Part shown: positions 1 to 9,339 of the stretch, in pieces
Layout: each line of letters begins with the position of its first letter
How positions within the stretch are numbered: the first letter of the stretch is position 1
Source of the DNA: Lama guanicoe
Taxonomy: Eukaryota
Direction of reading: 5' to 3'
Assembly (NCBI GenBank): GCA_013239625.1
Contig: MU053365.1
Location: 2,390,115-2,413,483 of the forward strand
Length of the DNA stretch: 23,369 bases
Translations under genes and position numbers: made by a program
The notes under the pieces: generated by a model
Database searches by the model: none
What the model was told of the DNA's origin: nothing
Seen by the model: only the letters and a program-made list of their open reading frames with translations

Positions 1-39
1 TTTAGCATATGCTAACTGCAGATGGTAATACCCATGCAA

Positions 40-920
40 AAATGCATAAGGAAAATATAATAATCTCCTAACCCACCCTACTTCCTTTCCTACTCACCTG
101 AAGTGAGCAATTTTAATACCAGGCACATATCTTTCCATACACTTCTTGTTCAAGCAAAATACTGACACATAAGTGAATGTGCAGATATCTGCAGGGCTGA
201 AAGGAGGTTTAATGTCATTGGCTGTAACAGCAAAGAGACCATTAAATGTGGATTCCTCTTCAACTTCCTGGTCTAGTTTAATAGGTCATGAAAAAAGTTT
301 TAGGTCAATAGATGATTGTGGTTACATATTATGAAATGTAATTATTTAATTCATTTTGAATGCATTTGGGGTCTGTGTGAAGAGAGGCTCCCACATGCTC
401 TTGTTCCCAAAATACCTCTATTACTCACCTTAATTATTCCTGCTTCATTGCCTAAGCTCTGGGCCAATATCACAATGAGTTAATGAAAATTGAATATAAT
501 TCCATTTGGAACTCTTAAAATGTATTCCTTCATTATTCATCTTTTTCACCTTAGCTACGTGTCTTGCAGATGGATTTAACATCTCCTTGTCATATTCCTC
601 AGAGAGGTACCTTTGTGATTTCTGAACACATTACCTTGAAACTAATTAATTTAAGAGCAATCAACATCTTTCCAGTTTTTGTTTTCCCATTTAAGAAAAT
701 TCCTGAAATAAAGATACACTTACTTAAGTCTTTTCTGACATTTTACAGTAAATTTTAGATTGTTAAAATATCATTCCTGAACAAATATCATTGAAGAGTT
801 TATTTTAGGCATTTTATATTTTATTACTGTCAGAAATAATCTTTTTTCCACACTATATTTTCTGAAGGATTTTTGCTGGTCTATAAATAAATAACTGATT
901 TTCTACATCAATTTTATATT
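40..920 (-). mobile_element. Very old L1 (L1M-type) 3' remnant
   Basis: T-rich decayed sequence with L1 antisense phrases, e.g. ttgctggtctataaataaataactgattttctacatcaattttat near 873-917. Confidence 0.55.
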
Positions 921-1039
921 TATTACACTTAACAAATACTTATTTAACATTTTCTTTATGCCAGACATGTTCTGGGTTTTTGTAAATATTAAACTTTTTT
1001 CTGCTCACTGCTGTATCTTCAGGGACTAAGACAGATAAT

Positions 1040-1830
1040 GCCATCTATACTTCTGATGTAGTGCAACTTTAGAACACACTAATCGTTAGTACTAGACATT
1101 GTCAGATAGAACAAGCAGCCCCTTGCTTTGGGGACCTTTCCTCCTTGAACACTGACCTGGGTTATTGAGCTCTGCTATGGCATCTGGACCTTAAGGTACA
1201 CAGTTTGATATGACTTAGTTGCTATCTGGCCCAGGTTTGCCTTGGTGGCCGTCTGACAGCCCAACTCCTAGGAACACCATGGTAGATGGTTTGGCAATGT
1301 AACCACAGGGTTTAAACCAGCTAGTTACCAGGTTTATTCATAGCACTCATCCCGTGTCATCCCGACACTTCTGGAGTTTCCAAATAGGAAGTCTAGATAC
1401 CATCATTGAATGTGTTTTGTGAGACACGGCATTAAAGTGGAAACCGCTGTCAACTGTGTGTGCTGACTCGCGGCTTCCTCACTTGATCCTTGCTATAATT
1501 CACAGGACTAGAAGTAACCATTGCATCTACATCAAGGGATGACCCCCACCACGACAGTTAACTGAGGAAGTCCAGGTATGATCAATCACCTGGCATTGGA
1601 GTGATATTTTTAATTGAAAAAGTCGTTACTTTTATGAGAAACAAAAAATGCTTCTCAAGTTAGTGGCCACACGTCATCGTATAGACGTCGGTTTCATACA
1701 GTGTACTTCTCCCTTCAGGTATATTCCAGTGGGAAGAGGAATACCTCCTTGGCTCTAGGGAGTAGAATCATTTGATGGACTATGTAAGCTGGGGTTCTTG
1801 TACGCAAACCATGCGTCTCCTCCCCAAAGT
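1040..1830 (+). pseudogene. EBLG: Endogenous bornavirus-like glycoprotein element, C-terminal half of G (element A1), with stop codons
   Basis: One frame from 1058 carries collinear matches to BoDV-1 G: VVQL*NTLIVSTRHCQIEQA (1058-1117) vs [20 protein letters not shown], gapless; MVWQCNHRV (1286) vs VVWQCHRV; EVTIASTSRDDPHH (1511) vs [20 protein letters not shown] (1709) and LMDYVSWGS (1772) vs LPSFAF..LRDLLAWAA. Confidence 0.85.
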
Positions 1831-1899
1831 GTCATATTCAGAAAGCCAAAGATCACAGATACATTTGGGATCCCATACTAGACACAGAGCCAGGATGAT

Positions 1900-2032
1900 A
1901 CATCACTCCTTGATGATTACGAGGCAGAAGTTCCTGGGCAATATTGCAGTTCTCCAGGAAGCAGGGATCACTCTACCCACTCACCTCCACCTCATCGAGG
2001 TTTGTTGCAACTTTTGCTTAAAATACTCCTGT
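1900..2032 (+). pseudogene. EBLL: EBL polymerase (L) N-terminus directly after G (element A1)
   Basis: SLLDDYEAEVPG..RDHSTHSP (from 1903), then after a frameshift IEVCCNFCLKYS (to 2029), vs BoDV-1 L [32 protein letters not shown]. The G-to-L adjacency matches orthobornavirus gene order. Confidence 0.8.
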
Positions 2033-2095
2033 CAAAATTTTAATGGTTTAGCTGTTCTAAAAGTTTAAAAATCATCAGATTGTATTGTTTGGTTG

Positions 2096-2613
2096 TATGG
2101 GGTTGGAAACTTTTCCCTTCCTTCTAGGCTCTTTGGCTGGTCTGATAATTAAGTTGACATAAGATAGATTAACAGGAGAAAAACAAATTTAATTTTGAAC
2201 ATAGGGGACCCCCATAAAATATGATTCAGTGACCAGAGTAGGCAGCTTTTATACCTTTTAGACAAAGAAAGAATAAATTTGTGAGGAATCAACAAGACAA
2301 GTTTGGGCTTGGGGTAGTAAATTAGCGAGGAAGTAACAAGCTTTGTTTGTACAGCCTTCTTGGTCCTAAATTCTCTGTTTTGATGATACAGCCTTCTTGG
2401 CCTGAAATGCCCTACTTCTGGCCAAAAGGATGCCTTCTACCCTCCGAATACAGGGAAGATACCTTTCACATGGGAGGTTTATTTCTTGCTTTCAAGTGGA
2501 CAAAGGAGAGTCAGAGTGTCCTTGCACTGGCTTGCTTCTGGAGTAACTGTAATTCAAAATAATCAATATACCAAGGTGGCATTCTTTGGGGTGGCATATT
2601 CTGCTCCCGTTCA
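2096..2613 (-). mobile_element. Solo LTR, ERV1 (MER4/MER41-like group)
   Basis: Characteristic phrases gattaacaggagaaaaacaaatttaatt and aaaataatcaatataccaaggtggcattctttggggtggcatattctg; ends in CA; 4-bp direct repeat GTTG at 2092-2095 and 2614-2617. Confidence 0.8.
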
Positions 2614-2993
2614 GTTGCATGGCATATAGTGGCCCTTTGCACACTTTATCACTGTGTCTTCCTATTTCTCCAGCATTTCTTTTCATTAATGTGGTTCCAC
2701 CAACCTGTCAGTGCTTTGAACCCATCCTCCCCACCTTGGGCCAATTATTCCAACTTTAAAATGCCCACAAGTGCCTGGTGTGGGAAACAGCCTTCATTAG
2801 TCTCACCCCTGGAGATTTTATCAGAATATGTATGTAGCCATGTATATTTCTGGATAAACTGAACACCAGAAGTTTGTCAAATCTGAGGAAATTTGTGCAT
2901 GAGGTTTTTTTTTCAGTGCAGTTACTGTAAAATGTACACTGAATTTAGGGGGAAAAAACTCACTGCAAATATCAGACGTTCCCTTTCAGTAAC

Positions 2994-3410
2994 TGTTGGT
3001 TCCAAACCTCTGGAGACCACCCTCTGGGTGAAATCTGAAACTGACCTTGTACCAGTTTGTACCAAAAAGAGGCTGCCCACTTCAGACTGGTCGGTGGCAG
3101 GTTTAATAAGCCAGGGAACTACATACAAGGCTTGTCTTGGGGGCCACCAGATGGCAGAGCTGCCTGCCCCTGCCCACCAGAATACTGAAAGTTTGTACAG
3201 AGGCCTTAATGGGGTTCAGTCCTGTATTCAGTCCAGATGGCCTCAGTAACACCTTCCTCTCTCAAAGCTGCTCCCTTGAAAACAGCTCCCACTGTGGGAA
3301 CGGTGGGCAGAGTGTACATTGCAAGGCCAGGGGAAGGGCAGGGAGCCTCAGATTGCCCGGGGCCAGCTCTCCAACCCGCAGTCAGATCCTCTCAGTGACC
3401 TCCTCCCACA
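2994..3410 (-). mobile_element. Solo LTR, probably ERVL class
   Basis: TG..CA ends with a perfect 5-bp target-site duplication GTAAC (2989-2993, 3411-3415); reverse-complement polyA-signal-like tttaat near 3102. Confidence 0.8.
3142..3158 (+). promoter_or_regulatory. CTCF consensus motif inside the LTR
   Basis: GGCCACCAGATGGCAG matches the core CCACCAGRKGGC. Motif only; binding is not shown. Confidence 0.55.
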
Positions 3411-3739
3411 GTAACAGGAGCAGAAATCTGTTCGTTCAGGTCTCCTTTCTTGTGACTTAGAAATGTCTGTGGTTTTTCCTTACAGGTTTAGAACGATTCT
3501 TGATGTGATTATTCCTGTGAATTTGGCTTTTTTCCTTTCATGGATGACTTTACATATATATATGTAACTATATATAATTTACATATGTAATGTACACATG
3601 TGTAAATTGTGTGTATTATTATATATTATTACATACTAATATATATTCTATATAAGTTGCTTCTACCTACTTGATTCTGCTGTCTTAGTAGTTTTTAGTT
3701 TTCAGTTTATTATCCTGGGATTTCTAAGCAGATAATATC

Positions 3740-4410
3740 CTTCAGGAGTCTGCATGGCATTATTACAATCAAGTGAATACTGTGCACTTAATAATAGGAA
3801 AGACTTCAGGAACGCCACCGCATCCTCTCATACATGACCACATAGGACAAGTCAGTGCGAGACGTGGCCACCCAGGAGAAGTCAGGCAGCATCTCTGATC
3901 TGGGCGCTCCCTCCCCAAAGGCAACCCCAAGTGCCCCGGGGGAAGCATCTGGTCACAGTGAACACCAGCTCTACCTACAGAGACTCAGACCACAGGTTTT
4001 AGACTCTCACAGGCCAGGAGTGAGGGACTTTCCACAGCAAAGCAGTAGGGTTGGAATCCTGTCTTGGTAATGTTGATTTTCAGTTGAACCAAGTTTCACG
4101 TAGGTTCACCTCTGAGCTGAGAGACCGCTCCTCCCAGGAGGGGGTGTCACGATGGCATCTGCTGCCTGGGCTGTGGTGCACATTCCAGGGCAGAACCCTC
4201 AGAAAGTCAGGACCCAGTTCTTGACATGGAGAGAGCACTCAGTAAACCCTCACTGGCACTGCCTGTCCCTGTCTCTGTAGCAGACACCATTTTCTCCCTG
4301 AATATGTGAAAAGTTAAAGTTGGAGATGTTAAGGATAGGAAATAAAAGACAATCATTTTCCTGCAATTTTAGAATTAAATTGTTTTGCTTAGAGGAGTTA
4401 CGTGTGTTCA
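3740..4410 (+). pseudogene. EBLL: EBL L continuation (element A1), about L aa 95-345 with deletions
   Basis: SAW (3749) and ALNNRKDFR vs SAW..ALTNPRVR. In one frame: IGQVSARR (3842) vs VGQVSYSR, TAK (4034) followed by a 1-nt insertion and SR vs TAKSR, and DPVLDM..LP..VAD (4211) vs DPVLLLM..FP..MVD. Weaker LRIGN..FRIKL and RSYV vs LSYGH..FRAEF and KGYV. Confidence 0.7.
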
Positions 4411-4414
4411 GAAC

Positions 4415-4510
4415 CTTGAGAAAGAGTGCGGGGATGGAAGAAGTGGTGGAGGATCTCCGGAGCCTCAGCTCCCCTCAGCCCACGCTGAAGGCAGCGGCTG
4501 TGAAAGCAGC
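4415..4510 (+). pseudogene. EBLG: Short EBL G fragment (post-cleavage heptad region), probable start of element A2
   Basis: MEEVVEDLR..PTLKAA then GCE (4434-4504) vs BoDV-1 G [20 protein letters not shown]. Short match. Confidence 0.5.
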
Positions 4511-4659
4511 TCAGCTAAGCAGACAGAGTCACTTACATACGTGCATAGGTGCGCCCACCCCCCCGACGCCCTCTCCTAATCCGCCCGCCCGGAGCGCTGA
4601 CCGCGCTTCCGCTCAGACCCTGCCTAGAGGCCTCGACTGTCTAGAGCAGAGCACAGGTA

Positions 4660-5050
4660 ATCTTTAAGAATTATTTTGATTTAGAAACAGGGATTGTGCT
4701 ATGCGCTTAATGTTTCTAATTTGTTCTTACTTAAAATACGCCATCAAAGTCCTTCCAGATCAATATCTGTATCTTGTATTACATTTTAAAATTCAACATT
4801 CTAACCTGTATAAATGCTTTGAGTGTAAATCAGAAAGTGCTGATTTAATCGTTTAATTTTTTCCACGACTGTATAACTTTCTCAACAGTGTTTACTCTTA
4901 ATACTGTTTTTCAGTTCTGTCAACTCTTGATCCAAAACCATACGGTTTTAATGTGGTAGTTACATAAGTCCATTTCTCATTACTCTTTACTTTCATTTTG
5001 TGAATGAATTCCCCAAAGTTGACAACAGGTGACTAAGTTTGAATTTATTT
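4660..5050 (-). mobile_element. Old L1-like remnant
   Basis: Abrupt AT-rich block resembling L1ME 3' UTR antisense; weak. Confidence 0.4.
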
Positions 5051-5059
5051 CCAACCAAA

Positions 5060-5140
5060 TAGACTGTAGTTCCATCTCCGGTGCTTAAAAGCCTCCCGTG
5101 GCTGGTGGCTGCCATCTTGGGCAGCGCAGAGGAAGAACGT
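5060..5140. mobile_element. MER3/MER33-like hAT-Charlie DNA transposon fragment
   Basis: gtgcttaaaagcctcccgtggctggtggctgccatcttgggcagcgcag resembles gtgctcaatagccacatgtggctagtggctaccgtattggacagcgcag. Confidence 0.65.
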
Positions 5141-5159
5141 CTCTAAGGCAAAGCAAGTA

Positions 5160-5250
5160 AAAGCCAGCATCTTCCAGGCACGATCCTGCCATCCGGAAAT
5201 GGGGAGACACCCAGTGATTCAAGGCTTCCTAAACCCCTCAGCAACGCTGT
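5160..5250 (+). pseudogene. EBLG: Short EBL G C-terminal fragment (element A2)
   Basis: ASI/SRHDP (5163) vs [11 protein letters not shown] and GFLNPSATL (FLNP at 5226-5237) vs AFLNPLGWL. An alternative reading as L (SIFQA..IQGF vs SIFRA..IKGY) is possible. Confidence 0.4.
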
Positions 5251-5370
5251 ACAGCTTTATTTATATAGCGTCTCCATACTCTGTTGTTGTTCAAAGAGCA
5301 CGTGTTACCTGATTTTTAGGTGGGAGAATCTGAGATCCAGAGAAGTTGAGGGACTGGAGAACACACAAGT
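5250..5370 (-). mobile_element. MIR fragment
   Basis: tgttacctgatttttaggtgggagaatctgagatccagagaagttgagggact resembles the MIR core antisense. Confidence 0.6.
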
Positions 5371-5419
5371 GCCTTCACGTTTATTTTGCTGTGCATTGTC
5401 ACTGACGTTTTACTTACCT

Positions 5420-6810
5420 AAGTGTCACTTGCTCATCCTAACGGCCGAAATGCTGCAAAGATGCAGGAGCAGTAGTGCGGGGGTCTCCTTGACCCCAGGG
5501 GTCCTCCAGAGCCGCCCCCTCCACCCCGTGGGAGGTGCTGCTCCGGCCGGGCCTTGCCCACTGGGCAGCTCGGGCTGTCCTGCCCACAGCGGCTGGGAAC
5601 CTGGGAGCGCGGACCGACGGGGAGGCCTGATTCTGCCTCCATCCGGGTCCTGGTCTGCACACTGTGCTACAACTTGCTCTGATCTCAGAGGACCCCGTGC
5701 AGGACGTTTCTGTGCTTCATGGTGTGAAGTCCGACTCCTGATCCTGTGCTGAATCTTTTCAGACTTCTCAGAAAAAGTTTGTTTTTGAGAATTCTGGTGA
5801 GATGTGGGGCTTAACTTGCCCCTCCCCCGGGAGCCTTACCCGCAACATCCCATACGAATGCCTGGTGTCGGCGCGCTGATTCTGATCCGCCATCTATCAG
5901 CGCCCACACGTCCCTGACGGCGGTTTAAACACCGTCTCTTACAGACAGCACAGGTCGCTGCGGCAAGTGGCCCTCTTTCCTCTGCTCTTGTGGGCCGTTT
6001 CATGAATTCTCTCACCCACGACTGTTGCAGGCAGGGTGTAGTAGTATTTGGCGCAGTAATTGTTTGCAAGGTCCTGCCTCCAACAGGAGAATTCCAGTTC
6101 AGAGCCGTGGACACGGCCGCCTGGACCCACGCCAGGCCGGCCACGTGCCTTCCCTCTTCAAGCCCTCGAGCACGTTCCAGGGTGTCTCCGTGCTTGTCCT
6201 GGAAAAGCCCGGGCTGCTCTCTGACTGGGGTTTTACAGCCTTGCTTCCTGTCGTGAAGGGCTGCCTTCCACACTCTGATGCTGAGTCCTCTCCTGCCGGC
6301 CCACCGTGCTGGACCATCTTCTGAGTTCTCAGGGTTTCACCTGATGTTCTTGAGCTTTCAGGGAGGTGATTTTATCCTTTCTGTGGGATGCATCGCGGGA
6401 CTTCAACCTGGAGACAAATTGTCCCTTCACAAACAAGAGGGGCTGGACATGGCCACGCCAGCAAGTCAGGCAGCAGCTGTGCTGGGGGGGCCCCCAGCCC
6501 CCAGCACTGCCCCCACTCTGGACCTGGGTTCGCAGCCCTGCAGTTGACAAGACAGGGACCTCCTTCCCCCAGGGGATCGGCACTGGGAGGGGCCCTGCCG
6601 CAGGCTCCCCGGGTCCTCGGGGCAGCAGCTTGAGACCCCAGTGCACTAGGGACCTGTTGGTAAAAGAAACTCTTTAAACCCTGGGGGTGAAACAGCCTGT
6701 AAGGGGCTTATCTCTGATGCTCACAGCCTGGCTCGGGGGTTCTCAGAAAGAAAACGTGGAAGTAAAGTGTTTAGTTAGACCCAGAAACAACACTATAATC
6801 TTCTGTCATT
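5420..6810 (+). pseudogene. EBLL: EBL L segment spanning the RdRp core, about L aa 190-670 (element A2), frameshifted and GC-rich
   Basis: Collinear motifs: CHLLI (5423, identical); DPVLNLFRLLRKSLFLRI (5740) vs [32 protein letters not shown]..VSVLV (6115) vs GRLDNIPALLEP..LTVLV; TALLPVVKGCLPHSDAESSPA (6235) vs [22 protein letters not shown]; LDHLL (6309) vs LTHLL; GGDFIL (6362) vs GDSFVI; QDR..PP (6548) vs QDRFNPP; GVKQ..MLTAW (6684) vs GMRQ..ILTSCW; NVEVKCLVRPRNNTIIFCH (6753-6809) vs NVTFNILGQGDNQTIIIH. Confidence 0.85.
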
Positions 6811-6814
6811 TTTT

Positions 6815-7050
6815 TATGCCAGTTTCCAGTTCACAGAACCATTTTCACATCTGATGGCTCACTCTGTCCTCACAATGAAAATTAAAGTTAGAGGTAATAA
6901 TAGACTAGTTACATGTGTGACGTTTACTCAACGCTGGTGTACACAGTTCGCAGATGTACACAGTAAGCAGCGTGAGATCATGCTCGCTGGAGCACTTAGT
7001 GCAAAGTCTGAGTGCAGCAGACGTTGAATGATGCCTGATATTATGGTTAT
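6815..7050. mobile_element. MIR fragments in both orientations
   Basis: cagttcacagaaccattttcacat..tcctcacaat (antisense) and gtgagatcatgc..agcacttagtgcaaagtctg (sense 3' end). Confidence 0.5.
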
Positions 7051-7054
7051 TTCT

Positions 7055-7670
7055 CTGTGTCCCCTCCAGCCCCCTCTCCTCCTCTCCTAACTCCTCCCTC
7101 TTCCTCCATCCTCTCCTCTCCTCTCCTTTCTCTCTTCTCTAACCTCCCTTCCCTTCCCCGCCCCTCCTCTCCCCTCTCCTCCTTTCCTCCCCCTCTTTCT
7201 TTCTCTTTTCCTTTCCTTCCTCACCTCTTCTCTTCCCTCCCCTTACCTCCTCTCCAGTCTCTTCTCCAGTTCCCTCCTCCCTTCCCCTCCCTTCTCCCCT
7301 CTCCCATCCTTTCCAGACATCTCCCTTCCTCCCCTCCTGCTCTTTCCTCTTGCCTGCCTCCCTCCCTCCCTCTCTCCTTTCCCTTATCCTCTTCTCTCTC
7401 CTTCCCTTCCTTGTTCCTCCTCTTCTCCCTCCTTTCCTCCCCTTCCCTTTGCCTCCCTTTCTCCTTCTTCTTTTCCTTTCCGTCTTTCCTCTCCCTTCTC
7501 TCTTCTCTCCTCTTTCCTTCCCTCTTCCCTTCTCCCCCGTCCTCTCCTCTTCCTTCCTTCTTTTCTTTCCTTCCTTTCCTCTCCTTCCCTCCCCTTCTCC
7601 CCTTTCTCTCTCCTCCCCTCTCTCTTCTATCTTTCCTTTACCCGTTTCCTCTTTCCCTTCCTTCGTTCTA
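7055..7670. repeat. ~600-bp CT-rich polypyrimidine low-complexity tract
   Basis: Almost only C and T on +; accounts for the spurious P/S/L/F and E/G/R/K ORFs. Confidence 0.95.
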
Positions 7671-7719
7671 AGTAAACTAAGCTTGGTGTGTGCCAAGTTA
7701 ACTTGCATTAAAATATTTG

Positions 7720-8630
7720 CCAATATTTGAAAATATTTATGTAGCCCTAGTTTATCCTAAGTATAAGACATGCAAAGATATATGGAAGGAAGTTAATACT
7801 TCCAGCTTCCCTCCATCAACCCCTCTCTGTTGCATACTCAGTATTCATAGCCCGGTGCTTCTGCACAATTTTCCAGTCAGATCTATACTATCAAATATAC
7901 ACTAGGCATGTTTTGAGGTTGTTTTATAGAAGTCATTTTATTCTTTACTTGAGTTCAAGTTTTTAGCTTATGTAGGATGTCATTGTTTGAAGCAGAGTGA
8001 GAATCTTGTTCTACTTTTCCCTTCCAAATATATAACTTGTCCATTATCAACTGAAACCTCCATTTTCTTCTCCTGAACTCTAAACTCTTGAGCCCTTAAC
8101 CACTCCACTCTATTCTTGATTGTAGCTTACAGTGCCATTTCACATGACGTCTCTTCTTGCTCTTTTATTTTTATGATTTCAAAAAACACTTTAAGTGCTC
8201 CATAGTTAAACTTTTTCACTTACTCCATCTCCCTCTCAAATCATGTTGAGATTTTTAGTGCAATAACTATAAATCATGAATTAATTGGAGAAAACTTGAT
8301 TATTTACAATATTGACTCCCTCCATCCAGATTCAGGTGTATATATCAATTAATCCACCTTTTAGAACCTTTGTAAAATCGTTCTAGTTGTGTTTAAATGG
8401 GTCCTCAACAGTCCTTGTTAAGATTCTAACCAAAGAATTCATGTTATACATTTTTTCCTTACCCTAATGTATGGTTCTGTTATCACGTTGTTTCTTCTAA
8501 TTATCTTTTCTATGTAGAGAAGTCACTATTAATTCTTAAACGTTTGTGTGTATGTGTGTGTGTGTGTGTTTTGTCTGACGACTTTCTAAACTTTGCAGTT
8601 TATTCTCTTGGTATTTGTGGCTTGCTGGTA
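7720..8630 (-). mobile_element. Very old L1 3' remnant with a short (TG)n at 8544-8568
   Basis: Phrases such as gttgagatttttagtgcaataactataaatcatgaattaattggagaaaacttgattatttacaatattgactccctccatcc resemble L1 ORF2 antisense. Confidence 0.6.
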
Positions 8631-8639
8631 GTACCGTTT

Positions 8640-9110
8640 CAGAGTCTGATATACAGCAAAATTAAAACCAAGCCAAACCAAATGGTGTCTCTTAATATTG
8701 GTAAGCACTGCAGAGTGGTGTGCTGGCAAAGCCAGGCAGAGTGCTTGCTTTCTGGACTAGGATACCCTGTAGATCCTCTGCAGAGACGGAGGACCTGGAC
8801 CCTCAGGGGAGCAATTCATGGGGCTTTGATGCTGCAGATCAAGGATTGCTCTGGTTGCCACATGAAACACAAATTCACTAAGCATCTTTAGGTAAAAAGA
8901 ATAGCAATTTAACATTTGAGGTTGAACTCAGCTAGTAAGCATAAAGGTTATTTCCTGCCAGAAAGGAATGTAGGCTTTAACTAGGAAAGATCTATATATA
9001 GACGTTTACTGTTACATAAAAAATCAAATGTTATGAGGATTAGCCTGAAAGTTTATGTATTGTATTGAAGTTGACAAGATTATTTTCACATATTGTACCT
9101 TTTTTGTTCC
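8640..9110 (-). pseudogene. EBLG: EBL G, C-terminal third, about G aa 345-495 (element B)
   Basis: VSCGNQSNP*SAASKPHELLP*GSRSSVSAEDLQGILVQKASTLPGFA (8868-8725) vs [47 protein letters not shown]; then LRDTIW..LLYI vs LRDLLAW..VLYL. Upstream RSFL and LAEF vs RYFL and LEEF. Confidence 0.8.
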
Positions 9111-9270
9111 TCATTTCAAATCTGTGTGATAGGAGATATATAAAGTTTATATATGACAGTGTTTGTTGTGGGGGTGTAAGGATTTAATAAAATAATCCAT
9201 ATCAAACACTCGGCGCTCTGTCTGACATCTGCATCCGCATTCCCTAAGTGGTAATTGCTAATTAGAGTGT
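9110..9270 (+). mobile_element. MIR fragment
   Basis: ttcctcatttcaaatctg..gttgtg..aaggatttaataaaataatccatatcaaacactcggcgctctgtctgacat follows the MIR core and 3' end. Confidence 0.55.
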
Positions 9271-9339
9271 GCATTAAGAAATGGGGAATCTGGAAGCTTG
9301 GAGAGAGAGGTGTGTTTAAGGTAATGTAATTAGTTGCAT

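Larger units (their letters stand above)
2620..3740 (-). mobile_element. Very old L1 remnant interrupting element A1 and itself interrupted by the ERVL-class LTR
   Basis: Decayed L1 antisense phrases, ending tagtagtttttagttttcagtttattatcctgggatttctaagcagataat (3687-3736); short TA-rich tract at 3550-3650. Confidence 0.5.

Noticed and set aside
3705..3740. VYYPG..ADNIL resembling L VYPIG..AEAIL
   Set aside because: The same bases fit an L1 antisense phrase, so they were left out of the EBL boundary.
5369..6677. Many overlapping 60-145 aa ORFs suggesting a host gene
   Set aside because: Expected in GC-rich DNA; the recognisable peptides are frameshifted pieces of bornaviral L, not a host protein.
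7057..7730. Long ORFs of 204, 194 and 126 aa
   Set aside because: Artefacts of the CT-rich tract, which lacks stop codons.
8653..8691. ETPFGLAWF*FCC resembling G EDPFECNWFYCC, suggesting scrambled G fragments
   Set aside because: Another frame gives LRDTIW..LLYI, the collinear continuation of the G C-terminus, which is the simpler reading.
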